The position numbers were made by a program, and so were the translations under genes. A model generated the notes under the pieces. That model saw nothing but the letters and a program-made list of their open reading frames with translations. It ran no database searches and was not told where the DNA came from. Positions 39,824 to 53,423 of a DNA stretch of 64,000 bases are shown here, in pieces. Within the stretch, counting starts at the first letter, position 1. Each line of letters opens with the position of its first letter. Source of the stretch: Octopus bimaculoides (taxonomy: Eukaryota); contig NC_068983.1 of assembly GCF_001194135.2 (NCBI RefSeq), forward strand, positions 82,804,089 through 82,868,088, read 5' to 3'.

Positions 39824-42240
39824 CATCTATATCTTCAAATCTGTTTGCTCTGGCTGCATATACTCTTGTAGTGGATGCTTTTATCTCCTTTTGTCTCATG
39901 CTTTTCTTTCTACTTGCTTTTTGGCTTAACTTAGACCAGTGCTCCGCAGTCTTTTTCACTTATATACTTTTACACTTATATACTCTTCAAAATTCGGCGG
40001 TTCACCTGAACTGAAAATATAATTAAAAGTATAGGGAAAAAATTATATTCAGTTACTCTGCGGCATACTTAGCATCGTCTCGTGGCACACCAGTGTGCCA
40101 TGGTATACCAGTATATTCTTGTCACTTTTGAGTCAAGAGATTATATACATGTCCTATGACCTGTTTCTGTGATGTTTATGTTTTATCAATTTGTTCTGTA
40201 ATGTCTGTCTACTATTGATGGCTACAGGTAGTTATTGACCCTGCTAAACAAGTGAAACTGCCTGAAGATTTCGAAAACTACGTTGAAGTTGAGTTTGTGG
40301 GTGACGAACGGAAGCGTTTAATTTATATCTTACTTTAATTTCCTATTCTCTATTGTTTATTTGTTTATTTTTGTCTTTTACCTTTCACCTTTTTCCTTCT
40401 TTCTTTGTAAATTCTAGTCGAAACGCATTGCACATTCCTTGCTACCAATTCGGTTTCTAACTTTTTCCAGCTCTAATGTGAGTCTTACATTCACGCGCGC
40501 ACGCACGCACACATACACCACACACACACACATATATATATATATATAAATATCTTAATGTTTGCNNNNNNNNNNNNNNNNNNNNNNNNNNNNNNNNNNN
40601 NNNNNNNNNNNNNNNNNNNNNNNNNNNNNNNNNNNNNNNNNNNNNNNNNNNNNNNNNNNNNNNNNNNNNNNNNNNNNNNNNNNNNNNNNNNNNNNNNNNN
40701 NNNNNNNNNNNNNNNNNNNNNNNNNNNNNNNNNNNNNNNNNNNNNNNNNNNNNNNNNNNNNNNNNNNNNNNNNNNNNNNNNNNNNNNNNNNNNNNNNNNN
40801 NNNNNNNNNNNNNNNNNNNNNNNNNNNNNNNNNNNNNNNNNNNNNNNNNNNNNNNNNNNNNNNNNNNNNNNNNNNNNNNNNNNNNNNNNNNNNNNNNNNN
40901 NNNNNNNNNNNNNNNNNNNNNNNNNNNNNNNNNNNNNNNNNNNNNNNNNNNNNNNNNNNNNNNNNNNNNNNNNNNNNNNNNNNNNNNNNNNNNNNNNNNN
41001 NNNNNNNNNNNNNNNNNNNNNNNNNNNNNNNNNNNNNNNNNNNNNNNNNNNNNNNNNNNNNNNNNNNNNNNNNNNNNNNNNNNNNNNNNNNNNNNNNNNN
41101 NNNNNNNNNNNNNNNNNNNNNNNNNNNNNNNNNNNNNNNNNNNNNNNNNNNNNNNNNNNNNNNNNNNNNNNNNNNNNNNNNNNNNNNNNNNNNNNNNNNN
41201 NNNNNNNNNNNNNNNNNNNNNNNNNNNNNNNNNNNNNNNNNNNNNNNNNNNNNNNGCACGCGCGTGTATGCATGATAGTTATTTATTACAATTTGATAAA
41301 CGAAGGAAAGCATTTCAACGCATTCCAAGTTGCCTTTTAGGTTTTCTTTTCCGTATTCGTTTGTCATACTTTCAGTGAGATGCGGCGATGTTTCTACTCA
41401 TATGATGATATTTGCACTTTATGATTTGTGACTGCTAATTCCCAAAACGGTATCAGTTTTTACCCTCTTGTCGCAAAATAATTAATTGTCCACTTTGATA
41501 CAAATTAAATTACATGATATTAAAATACTACATATTACTGAATTAGTTTATTTTAGCATTAAACCTTGAAGTACACCACGTTAGAATATATAGTAATTCT
41601 AACTTGAAAATTAAGTAAAATCTATTAAATGATTAGTCATCCAACACATAAATAACTTTTTTTTTTTTATTGGAAATAACATAAATAACTTTCTTTCTAT
41701 AAATGTCTCGCTGAAGGTCACCGCAGTAATTTGCAATATTGGTGTGTAATTCACCATCCTTGACCCCTCCCTTTCGCTGCCTTTAAATTTTGTTCTGATT
41801 AAATTCTTCCCGCAGTACTTTGTGTGAATCACTATGCGAGTTGCAAAAGCCACATGAGTATCTGACGCGCTACCGGACTTCGAAGTTCGTGTAACAGCCA
41901 AGTCTATTAAAATTAGGGAATATGTCCTCAACTAAATCTAAGTAGAATTTTTCTTCATGATCGCCAAGACAGTTTCTGACAACTAGTGCAAAGGCCTCGC
42001 ACAGCATTCAATGTCGTCAGTTGAATTAATGGGATATGCATATTTTTATAAGCTCTCTCAACTGAGGACCACGAACAGTCTCCGCCTTAAGTTTTTCTGT
42101 ATAACTTATTGCATACGTAATCAAAGCAGACATTCTATGTTCGATACCTTTAGACCTTGCTATTAAAAGAAACTGATTTCACATGTCCTTGTTAGGACAG
42201 TGTACAATATATAAATAATATAACACAATTTTTGTTGGAG

Positions 42241-42447
42241 CGTGGAAGGTGTTTATAAGCCATTTAAAATAACACACAAAAGCCGTCAGATTCACTTCAA
42301 CATTTAAATTTAATTTGTCAAAATATTTTCGTCGCTTTGAGACCGACCTGTTCACTGACAAAATTGTACTGCATCTTCCACGCTGCAATTGTTTTCGTTC
42401 CAGCACACGATCTCAGATCAGGTCACTTGCTATGCAAGTACATCTCC
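42241..42447 (-). mobile_element. Short interspersed repeat (second copy at 58681-58845) carrying a hammerhead-like fold; PLE/retrozyme-like
   Basis: 42247-42345 is nearly identical to 58681-58780. Minus-strand fold at 42314-42362. Strand is assigned from the ribozyme orientation. Confidence 0.65.
42314..42362 (-). ncRNA. Predicted minimal type I hammerhead ribozyme with a variant core (G3-C8)
   Basis: uuuguca-GUGAACA-g-gucg-loop-cgac-GAAA-auauuu-ugacaaa: 7-bp stem I, 4-bp stem II, palindromic AAAAUAUUUU stem III region. Confidence 0.55.
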
Positions 42448-42946
42448 ACAATTTTTGTTATTGTATCAAATTAACTGATCCTTAATAAATTACAACTGAT
42501 TAGAAAAAATTGTTCCTCTTTTGGGGGAGAACTCGTCAATTGGACCCAAGAATATATTTAGTTTCTACGGAACCAAAATTAAGATATAACGTGTACAAGT
42601 GTATGGTGAATCCGAACACAAATAAATCTGCTGTATCATCGTTGTTAGGGCTGAAGGACAAAATGATGTATCAGAAGCCTAAAAATACTTAAGAAAAGTT
42701 GTAACTTCTAAAACACCAATACGTGTGATAGCCAGTGTTAATGGAATCGACTACTTCTTAGTGATTATTAAAAAAGGGACAATGCCGCACAAATAATAAA
42801 AAAAATAATAATGTGATAGGCAGCAATCAATGGCTGTATTGAATTCACTGCTTCAAACTATTCTAAAACGACTCCCATATATATAAGACAACACAATTTG
42901 TTTATCAGTATTGTCAATATTTTAATGTTGTTTGATTTTAGCTTGA

Positions 42947-43240
42947 TGTGAGTGTTTATTGAGCGAAAACACATAAAGCCCCACGAGGCTCCGGCAGGGG
43001 ATGGTGGCGAACCATGCTGTGCTCTTCCACCACAACTTTATCTCACTCTTACTTCCTGTTTCTGTTGTGCCTGTAATTCAAAGGGTCAGCCTTGTCACGC
43101 TGAATGTTCCCGAGAACTACGTTAAGGGTACACGTGCCTGTGGAGTGTTCAGCCACTTACACGTTAATTTCACGAGCAGGCTGTTCCGTTGATCGGATCA
43201 ACTGGAACCCTCGACATCGTAAGCGACGGAGTGCCAACAA
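42947..43240 (+). mobile_element. SINE family D, 5'-truncated
   Basis: Near-identical to 16685-16980. Confidence 0.9.
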
Positions 43241-44193
43241 TAATTGTTTGACATTATATTAAATACAGTTAATGTTGGTGATTTTGTTTACCCAAGGCCG
43301 GCCCTGGCTGCGTATATATCTATGACAAAAGGCATTCAGTTATAGCTATACTTTTATTTTAGTTTCAATAGATGATTTGGATTCTATTTCAAATAGGTCA
43401 TAGAATCACGCAGAGAACCACTCGTTAATTCACTAATGTTATTTAATACAAACTGTTGAAAGTGGTTTAATTTATGTGATGCAAATACATCACATAATAG
43501 TACATATTTATAACAGCATGGGTTATAAGTGAGCCTATTTTAATAAGACTTATAATACTTTGTTTATGAGAATACGAAAAACAAAATTGGTCACCCAAAA
43601 CGGTTAAAGAGGTATTAAAAAATTATAAATTGACATTTCTGGTGGAGCTCAACAACAAAAGAATTTTCATTAATAAAATATATATGAAAGATTAAAGAAC
43701 AAAAATATTACAATAATATATATTAATAAAACTTGCTTCTCAAGTGTTATGTAACGTATACATTAAACTTACCACACAGTAAAAATGATAACATATGGTA
43801 AAAATTACGAAATCATTGCGCATGTTAATACATACATACATGCATACATACTTACATATATGCATATATACAAACAAAAAGACCCCCCTCCTATATATAT
43901 ANNNNNNNNNNNNNNNNNNNNNNNNNNNNNNNNNNNNNNNNNNNNNNNNNNNNNNNNNNNNNNNNNNNNNNNNNNNNNNNNNNNNNNNNNNNNNNNNNNN
44001 NNNNNNNNNNNNNNNNNNNNNNNNNNNNNNNNNNNNNNNNNNNNNNNNNNNNNNNNNNNNNNNNNNNNNNNNNNNNNNNNNNNNNNNNNNNNNNNNNNNN
44101 NNNNNNNNNNNNNNNNNNNNNNNNNNNNNNNNNNNNNNNNNNNNNNNNNNNNNNNNNNNNNNNNNNNNNNNNNNNNNNNNNNNNNNNNNNNNN

Positions 44194-44228
<35 letters not shown>

Positions 44229-44805
44229 CATTTACGGTTAAATACGGTTTCTTCATATAAAATATACACCTACAACTTCGTGTACAGAAGAATGAGGGAC
44301 CGCTCGGAATATATTCAATCCATTTTCTGAACTATCATCAACAACTGTGCACCCAGTCTATCTACGCATACCGACAATGATTATCAATTCCTAAGAGCAA
44401 TATTTGCATAAAAAACGCATTACTGGCGGCTATTTCGATTATTAAAAATTTAGTATCGCCAACACTGCTTGTTTAGAAAAATGTAAATCCGTTCTGCAAA
44501 ACTTTCACAATTAAACAAGATGGATTAACCGTATTACTTTCAATCTTATATTGTAGTTTCATTAGAAAACGAGTAGCCACTTTAGCTGTTCACGGAGACA
44601 CTGCTTATAAAACGGGCTATTTCTAAAGGCATACGTAAATCGAGTAGCACTTTCTGCACAGCTTGGTCAAGTTTTGTTCTAATAGTTATTGTATGCTTCT
44701 GACTATAGTAAGACAATTTAGCACTGAATTAGACATACACAACCACTAGTTGTATTGATGATTTATCTATTTTTCTCCCTATCTTTCTCCATATCTCTCT
44801 ACATG

Positions 44806-44855
<50 letters not shown>

Positions 44856-44896
44856 CGCGTCTGTGTGCGTGCATGTGTGAGTATATGTGTAAATAG

Positions 44897-44945
<49 letters not shown>

Positions 44946-45384
44946 ACGTTATGCACATAGAACCACTAGAAACGGGGGAAATGATTGAGTATGTGAAATA
45001 TATGGGTCTGAGTGTTGGTGTATATGTGCGCAAATGTATCTACGAGCGTATGTTTGCAACTTTATATGTTTGTATGTATGCACATGTGATATAACTGACT
45101 CTTTCCTAGTTTTCTTGCTAATTTTACTGGTGGTCGATCATAATTCTCGTTGATAAAACGGTAGCATCAGCAAGCACAATATTCAATGTACTAACAGTTT
45201 TGCCAGGAGTTTTTGTTTGATGTGCTTGTTTCGAAATAAAAATATCCCTATTGTCATATAAGAACCCACAAACGTCGTAAATTGTCAAAAGAGTAAGATT
45301 ATGAAACATGAGTCGCTAAATGTCATCCATACTGCGTAAAAGTTTCTGGAGTTATATTTTCTAACTTTATAAGTATATAAGATA

Positions 45385-45508
45385 TCGGTTTCAAATTTTG
45401 GTACATGGCCAACAATTTCGGGGCAGCGGTAAGTCAATTACATCGACGCCAATGTTGAACTGATACTTACTTTATGGACCCATAAAGGATAAAAGGCAAA
45501 GTAGATTC
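45385..45508 (-). mobile_element. SINE family A, 3' fragment, diverged
   Basis: tttcaaattttggtacatggcc..gtcaattacatcgac..aaaggataaaaggcaaagt. Confidence 0.65.
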
Positions 45509-47914
45509 CTATTAAACTATCCGTATCCTCGTCACACATTTATGTGCTTATAGAAATGTTCCTATCTTTCATGATGTTAATCATGTGATACGCTTTACTC
45601 TTTACATTCAGCATTTCACACCGCTAGCTAGACTGTCTATAAGCAATCTGCAGGTTATTGATCTAACGCAAATATACCTTTGGATATCTTTTTAGTTAAG
45701 AAATTATTTACGATATACTAAACGATCACTGAAACTTTGCTGCATACATTTATTGTTTTATGTTTCATAGATGAAAATGACTAGATTGTTATCTTCAGTC
45801 AGAGTGACTGCCACTATAGCTATGAACAGATTGTTTGTCAGTTATCTGAGTCTCGTAAGAGTAGTGTTTTTCATACATCCAAGAATAAATACAACGAAAG
45901 GAAATCGTAGAGAATGTTTGCAAGACAATTTATTCTGTTTTGGAGAAGTGTAATACGGAACTTGCATTCATGTAACGATTGCGGTACATTCAGAAGCCGC
46001 ATATCTGAAACACTGATCGTTAGACTTCTTTTCATAGTATCTGATTCTACATATTAGCTTGATTCCCACGCCCCCTTTTTGTCATATTAGAAGCATTCCA
46101 TTTATTCCTTACTAATACAGCTCATTTATACAGATTAAGTACTGCGAAGAAAACCATTATTATTCGTAGGAATACTTGCACCATTATTCTCGGAAATATT
46201 CAACCATAAAGATATTATTTATAATTTCGTAGAAAATCCTTATCAGAAGTGACTTACAAACTCACCATTGTTGTTTTTCCTTCATTTAGACTATAGCTGA
46301 AATTTTAACTAGTTACTCACAGAAGGAAAAGCAGCGCGGTTTACACTTATTTTAAAGGCTCCGAGTGTGGACTGCAAAGGGAAGATATTATCCTCAACTC
46401 AAAAGGCTGATCTGAATACTTGTAAACTGGCAAACTCTACTAAAGTTATCAGGTACCCAAGGATTAAGTGATGATGTTAAAGCGGACAATGGAAGAAGTA
46501 GTGAAGAATAGAATTACAAATTACAACTGCGACTACATATCTCATACGCACGTTTCTCTATAGAAATATCTACATACATACATGCATACATACATACATA
46601 CATACATACATACATACATAAAACATTCCAGGGAATCTTTCTTTGTGGTTCCTGGGTTGAACACATGTAAACTAACCCACGTAGAGTGCACTCACAAACC
46701 AAAAACATACATGCACACAATCAGCTATGACGCACATACGCATGCGTACTAAATTGCAATGCACACCTACTACATGAGCGCATATACTCAAACACACTCA
46801 CACATGCATGTACACACTAACCCATTCACAGATTCACAAATTCCGAAAATTTTCCTGAATTAAGCAAAACAGTCTTGCAACTTTGCAAGCGAACACCTTC
46901 ACTTTCACAAGAACCAAAACCACAAATACCCTAGAAAAAACATACATACCTATATATATTCATCCATATATACATTCACACATATTGTCATACATATACT
47001 TGATAAGGTTGGTATGCTGATCGTAAACATTTACATAGGTTTAGACTAGAAAGCTGTTGTTTGAAATATCAAATAATACTTGATGCAATATATTGGCGCA
47101 CGCATAGCAGTGTGATTATGGTGCTGGCTTCTCAATTCCGTGATTTTGTTTTTAATCCTACAGCACAGTATTTGAGTAAGTATTTTCTACAATAAGTCAG
47201 GGTCTATTCTAACGACTAACATTGGGTGGACAGAAATCGAGTGGAAGCTGGTCGGGTGGACGATATCTGTTTTAAGATGATGAATCCGTTGCCCACCTGG
47301 CACTTGGGTGTCTTTAGAGAAGATCCTTTAATTGCAAACTTTCTGAGAAAAGGTCTGCAGTATCGACAGAATAAATAACTGAATGCTTCCTTTCCTGGGG
47401 ACAGCAATCCCTACGACAATCATTAGTGGAACGAAAACAGTTTATTATAATTATTCATGTAAGGATTATTCAAATAACCCATTGCTTTCTCTTGAATGTG
47501 AGTATGGATACTATTGACTAAGATATAGATGCGAAACAGTGTTTTAATACAAAAACATAAAGATAGTAAAATAGATTTTGTTGTATGAAGGATTACAGAA
47601 TATACAAATATCGTGCTGATATATACTTCGACATTATATATTTTCAATATTCTTATGTTTGAATCGTTCAAGCAAAAGTTGATCCTCCGACATTGTCCCC
47701 GTAATAATTTGATCCGTTCGTAACAAACTTGATCTGGCGTATCAATTTCATCCTATTAAGTCAGCGCACATCTTGAGAACTAAACATTGATGAGATCAGG
47801 CAGTGGCAGCATTCGTATATCTTCTGTGTATACATGTGCATATTACATTGATATCTAGAGGAGTTTGTGTAGGTGTATAAACATGCATATCCTAATGCAT
47901 AGACATTCTCCCCC

Positions 47915-47950
<36 letters not shown>

Positions 47951-48006
47951 TTCACATACATATTATATACATGTACTTACACAAATACAGGCGCACAGAG
48001 ACAAAG

Positions 48007-48052
<46 letters not shown>

Positions 48053-49479
48053 GTATACAGTGCGTGTATGGATATAACTTTATGTATGTATGCACATTTA
48101 TATACATAGATGAATGTTCTTAGGGAACATAGAGAAATATATACAAGCACATTCGCACATATACTTACACACACACACACATACATACAGAAACACCCAC
48201 ACGTACAAGATCTACTGATCCGTCTTCATCACAGTAGATTTATTCTCTCCGGATAATCCCTAACAGTTGATTTGTTTCTCGAGATAATCTTTTCATGTGC
48301 TTATTTACATAGGGCACAGGTCATGTGGAATTGGTGGGAATGGGGAAGTGGGAGAGATAACATGAGGGAGAGAGAGGTGGGAGAGAGATGGGTGAACAAT
48401 GTTTCATTTATCTAAGATAAGTTCGTCCTATATATACATATATATATTTCTATCAATCTATCGATTTACACAAACACACACACACACTCACACACATATA
48501 TACATACACACACACACACACACACACNNNNNNNNNNNNNNNNNNNNNNNNNNNNNNNNNNNNNNNNNNNNNNNNNNNNNNNNNNNNNNNNNNNNNNNNN
48601 NNNNNNNNNNNNNNNNNNNNNNNNNNNNNNNNNNNNNNNNNNNNNNNNNNNNNNNNNNNNNNNNNNNNNNNNNNNNNNNNNNNNNNNNNNNNNNNNNNNN
48701 NNNNNNNNNNNNNNNNNNNNNNNNNNNNNNNNNNNNNNNNNNNNNNNNNNNNNNNNNNNNNNNNNNNNNNNNNNNNNNNNNNNNNNNNNNNNNNNNNNNN
48801 NNNNNNNNNNNNNNNNNNNNNNNNNNNNNNNNNNNNNNNNNNNNNNNNNNNNNNNNNNNNNNNNNNNNNNNNNNNNNNNNNNNNNNNNNNNNNNNNNNNN
48901 NNNNNNNNNNNNNNNNNNNNNNNNNNNNNNNNNNNNNNNNNNNNNNNNNNNNNNNNNNNNNNNNNNNNNNNNNNNNNNNNNNNNNNNNNNNNNNNNNNNN
49001 NNNNNNNNNNNNNNNNNNNNNNNNNNNNNNNNNNNNNNNNNNNNNNNNNNNNNNNNNNNNNNNNNNNNNNNNNNNNNNNNNNNNNNNNNNNNNNNNNNNN
49101 NNNNNNNNNNNNNNNNNNNNNNNNNNNNNNNNNNNNNNNNNNNNNNNNNNNNNNNNNNNNNNNNNNNNNNNNNNNNNNNNNNNNNNNNNNNNNNNNNNNN
49201 NNNNNNNNNNNNNNNNNNNNNNNNNNNNNNNNNNNNNNNNNNNNNNNNNNNNNNNNNNNNNNNNNNNNNNNNNNNNNNNNNNNNNNNNNNNNNNNNNNNN
49301 NNNNNNNNNNNNNNNNNNNNNNNNNNNNNNNNNNNNNNNNNNNNNNNNNNNNNNNNNNNNNNNNNNNNNNATATATGTATATATATATACCTACATACAT
49401 ATATAAGTACATTCATGTATATATATATATATACACACACACATATCTACATACAGCTTTTACTGGCTGTTTACCATTA

Positions 49480-49853
49480 TTATACGGTCGTCATAAATGA
49501 TAGAAAATATGACAATGGAATAATAAATCGTGATGGTGGTGGTACCGATGCTAGTTGTACAATAGGAATACTCTGTAATGATGATAATGATGGTGAGGCA
49601 TACGTTGGGGTTAGTCATGTTTATGTCAGTGTTGTTCCTTGCTTGCAATAGGGTTCTGCCATGCCCGTGGTAGTGATGATGCCGCTAAACCTGGTTGTGC
49701 AGTTAAGCACGTGGATTGTAAGGTGGCGCTGGTCGGGAATGCTGGCAGTGGTCGTGTTGTAGTTGTCGTCGCTGGTGGTGGTGTTGCTGTTGTTGTTGTT
49801 GGTGGTGGTGATGGTGGTGGTGTTGGTGGTGGTGGTGGTTTTGGTGGTGGTGG

Positions 49854-49887
<34 letters not shown>

Positions 49888-49890
49888 ATT
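49480..49890. repeat. Degenerate (GGT/GCT/GTT/GAT)n low-complexity tract
   Basis: Eroded trinucleotide repeats that produce G/V/T-rich ORF artefacts. Confidence 0.75.
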
Positions 49891-50079
49891 TGAGTTGACG
49901 ACAGATCGAGCGGTAGGAACTAGGGTCAACATAAGAAATAAGAAGTTACTTCCCCTCCTACACACACATACATACAGGAAAAATACATATCATGATAGAC
50001 GTTAAAGGACACTGTGACCACTTATTGTAACTCTGTGACGAAGTGTAACATGGTCGGGTTGTCGATGGATCTTGCAATG

Positions 50080-50408
50080 CAGTTGTTCTCAACCGGGGTC
50101 CATATAAGATTTTTGAGGGTGCGCACCAGCAAAATAGTAAATTAGGGATCTACAGTAATACTTTGAGGGTCCATAAAAAGTTTTGACTTAAACGTATGTA
50201 TTTTATTATTTATATGTACGAAGCAGCTAAATTTCTTTCTCTAGTATTTTACGTGGTTGAACCTATACAAGTGAATAGTAAAACAGGAAGTTTGAAAGAA
50301 GTCTCAATAAAACTAGTTTTTAAACATCGAATGGCTATGGGGATCCACCAAAATAAAATAGTAAACAAAAATATGCATAGATAAAACAAAAACGGTTGAG
50401 AACCACTA
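50080..50408. mobile_element. hAT-superfamily MITE (Charlie-like TIRs)
   Basis: 15-bp TIRs cagttgttctcaacc / ggttgagaaccacta; flanking 8-mers ttgcaatg and ttgtaata (6/8 match) fit an 8-bp hAT target-site duplication. Confidence 0.8.
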
Positions 50409-50689
50409 TTGTAATAGAACAACGTCGATAAAAGTTGACCCATGTCAGTTAAACGCTCTAATATGTTATTAAGTGCTTATTCAAGATTTGTCTTCATAAA
50501 AACGGTTTATCAAATCACATTAAGCTTTCAAGCCCTTTTTCTTCCGTTATTTATCTTTATATTTCTTGTTGTTATTATCATTATTGTTTTACTTCTCAGA
50601 ACGCTCGCTCTTGTTTACTCTAGATTTTGTGAAAACGGACAGCAGGCTGTTGTCAGAGGTCTCCCAGGGTCTCTTTCCACACATTATAA

Positions 50690-52030
50690 GTTTTGATACT
50701 TGGTTATTAATTATCATAGGAGACATTCGGCATCCAATTACCAATCGCAAAATTTTAGCTGACCCCAGGAAAACAGTTTTTTGGGGCTTGCTCTTCTCTC
50801 ATATCATTCCGATTTCTCTGGCATATATCTCGAACTTGGTTGTTAGTGCTCCGAGTGCCCCTACAACTACTAGAATGACACTTTCTCCACATAGTCCACA
50901 TTCTTGCATTTTCTTTTAGTAGTCCGTACTTTTCAATCTTTTCTAGTTCTTTGTCACTTATGCGTGCATCCACAGTTATTTCAATACCTATAATCTTGGT
51001 TTCCTTTCTTCCTTTATCGACCACAACAGCATCTGGTCTCTTATATTTCTTGTTCTCGGTGACTCCTTCTGGTTCATGTTCGTACCATTTCCGTGCTCTG
51101 TTCAGGCCGTACTTTTCACATAGCCTCCAGTGGACGAACTTAGCCACGTTATCGTACCTCGTTTTGTAGTACTTTTGGGTCAGCTTGCTACACTCACTCA
51201 CAATATGTGAGACTGTTTCGTTTTTGCTGCCACACATCCTAACAAGAGGTGATTCGCTGCTTGTTCCCGGGCGCTGCATATCAATGCCTCAGTGCATCCT
51301 TTCAGATCACTTTTTCTTTGCTATCTCTAAGTGATAATCTTGTCTTTTCTTTCGATTTCTCTCAGGTATTCCCCATGCAGTGATTTCATTTTCCATTTCT
51401 GTATTCTTTCTTTTTCATCTTGTTTCATAAATGTTTGTGGAAGCATCACATTTTCAGCAAGTATTGTTTTGTTAATTCTAACAGCAGTAAGCAAGTATTC
51501 ACTCTGGTGTTTGATGTAACATCTTAGACTGTTCTTCTCGTTGACAACACAGATTTTACATCCTATAAGGCCACTTCCTCCCTTGTTCCTAGGCACATAC
51601 TGCTTGTCAGTATAGCTTTTGGGGTGTAGTTCCTTGTTAATTGCCATCACCTTTCTGCTTTTCCTGTCCATTTCATCAAGCACGTTCTTTGCCCACTTAA
51701 CAACACCTGCGCAATACCGCACTATGGAAACACCCCATGTGTTCATTGCCCTGATCTTGTTTGATTCCATTGAGCCTACTTCCCATAATTAATTTCCTTC
51801 TTCCGAGATATTTTCGTTTAAAGCTTTCCTTCATCTCATTTTCCTTTGTCTTGCCGTTGGGTAGTTCTACACCATCAGACGACACTACTTTGCCTTTCTG
51901 TACAATAAGCATATAACACTTTTGAATCCCAACTTCCATTCCGATATTCTTACTGAATATCTGCACTGTTGAAACTAGGCCATTTATTGGGTCGTTTCTT
52001 ATAACTGATGCTGATTTTAGCTGCAATTGT
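50690..52030 (-). mobile_element. 5'-truncated R4/Dong-clade LINE: RT C-terminus, CCHC knuckle and RLE
   Basis: FSKNIGMEVGIQKC.., NKIRAMNTWGVSIVRY..LHPKS..YVPRNKGGSGLI.., RMCGSKNETVSHIVSECSKLTQKYYKTRYDNVAKFVHW..RPDAVVVD..KELEKIEKY.., FLGSAKILR; frameshifted. Confidence 0.9.
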
Positions 52031-53142
52031 TGCCGTTGCTTTTGAGGGGAGTGAAGGAGATATTTTTTTTCAGTTCAGAGACACCCATTATTACCCCGAT
52101 GACTTAGAGATCATCTGAGGTCAAGTAAGCAGCAAATATAAGGCTGCACCCATACCTATGATGTTCAATAAAAATATCAGTGCTTTAATGAAGTTGCATG
52201 AAACTTCATGAAACTGACTAGATTTTGGAGAACGTGAATACATGTGTAAGCATCTGTCAGAGCTTGTTCCTCCGCGTTCACCAACTCACCTCGTTCTGGC
52301 TGAACAGCCCTTCCTGTTTGTTTTCACTGTCCTGTTTCTGTTAGCAACTTTGACCCTTCGCAAAATCTCAAATTTTATTTAAGTTGCTTTGCGGGAGCAA
52401 TTGTTTTGTCGAAAANNNNNNNNNNNNNNNNNNNNNNNNNNNNNNNNNNNNNNNNNNNNNNNNNNNNNNNNNNNNNNNNNNNNNNNNNNNNNNNNNNNNN
52501 NNNNNNNNNNNNNNNNNNNNNNNNNNNNNNNNNNNNNNNNNNNNNNNNNNNNNNNNNNNNNNNNNNNNNNNNNNNNNNNNNNNNNNNNNNNNNNNNNNNN
52601 NNNNNNNNNNNNNNNNNNNNNNNNNNNNNNNNNNNNNNNNNNNNNNNNNNNNNNNNNNNNNNNNNNNNNNNNNNNNNNNNNNNNNNNNNNNNNNNNNNNN
52701 NNNNNNNNNNNNNNNNNNNNNNNNNNNNNNNNNNNNNNNNNNNNNNNNNNNNNNNNNNNNNNNNNNNNNNNNNNNNNNNNNNNNNNNNNNNNNNNNNNNN
52801 NNNNNNNNNNNNNNNNNNNNNNNNNNNNNNNNNNNNNNNNNNNNNNNNNNNNNNNNNNNNNNNNNNNNNNNNNNNNNNNNNNNNNNNNNNNNNNNNNNNN
52901 NNNNNNNNNNNNNNNNNNNNNNNNNNNNNNNNNNNNNNNNNNNNNNNNNNNNNNNNNNNNNNNNNNNNNNNNNNNNNNNNNNNNNNNNNNNNNNNNNNNN
53001 NNNNNNNNNNNNNNNNNNNNNNNNNNNNNNNTGTGTGTGTGTGTGTGTGTATGTGTGTGTGTGTGTGTGCGTGCGTGAACGTGTGTGTGTGTTTGTGTGT
53101 GTTTGTGTTTGTCTGTGTGTCTGTGTGTCTGTGTCTGTGTGT

Positions 53143-53308
53143 AGGCGCAGGTGCAGCTGTGCGGTAAGAAGTTTGCTTCCCAACTACATGGATCAAGGTT
53201 CAATCCCACTTCGTGACACCTGGGGCAAGTGTCTTCTACTACAGTCTCGTGCCGACGAAAGCCTTGTGAGTGGATTTGGCAGACGGAAGCTGCAAGAAGG
53301 CCGTCGTA
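53143..53308 (+). mobile_element. SINE family B, 5' half
   Basis: ggcgcaggtgcagctgtgcggtaagaagtttgcttcccaac..ggggcaagtgtcttctac..gccttgtgagtggatttgg..ccgtcgtata. Confidence 0.85.
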
Positions 53309-53342
53309 TATACATATCTAAATATATGTTTATGTCATTATT

Positions 53343-53423
<81 letters not shown>

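Noticed and set aside
40255-40320. CUGAAGA..cgaa possible hammerhead variant
   Set aside because: No GAAA after the putative stem and no convincing stem I.
47290-47380. NFLRKGLQYRQ resembling the PLE-associated LLSKGPKYRE motif
   Set aside because: Isolated and low-scoring; no flanking support.
49621-50005. Gly/Val/Thr-rich ORFs suggesting a structural protein
   Set aside because: Degenerate GGT/GTT microsatellite; open in several frames at once.
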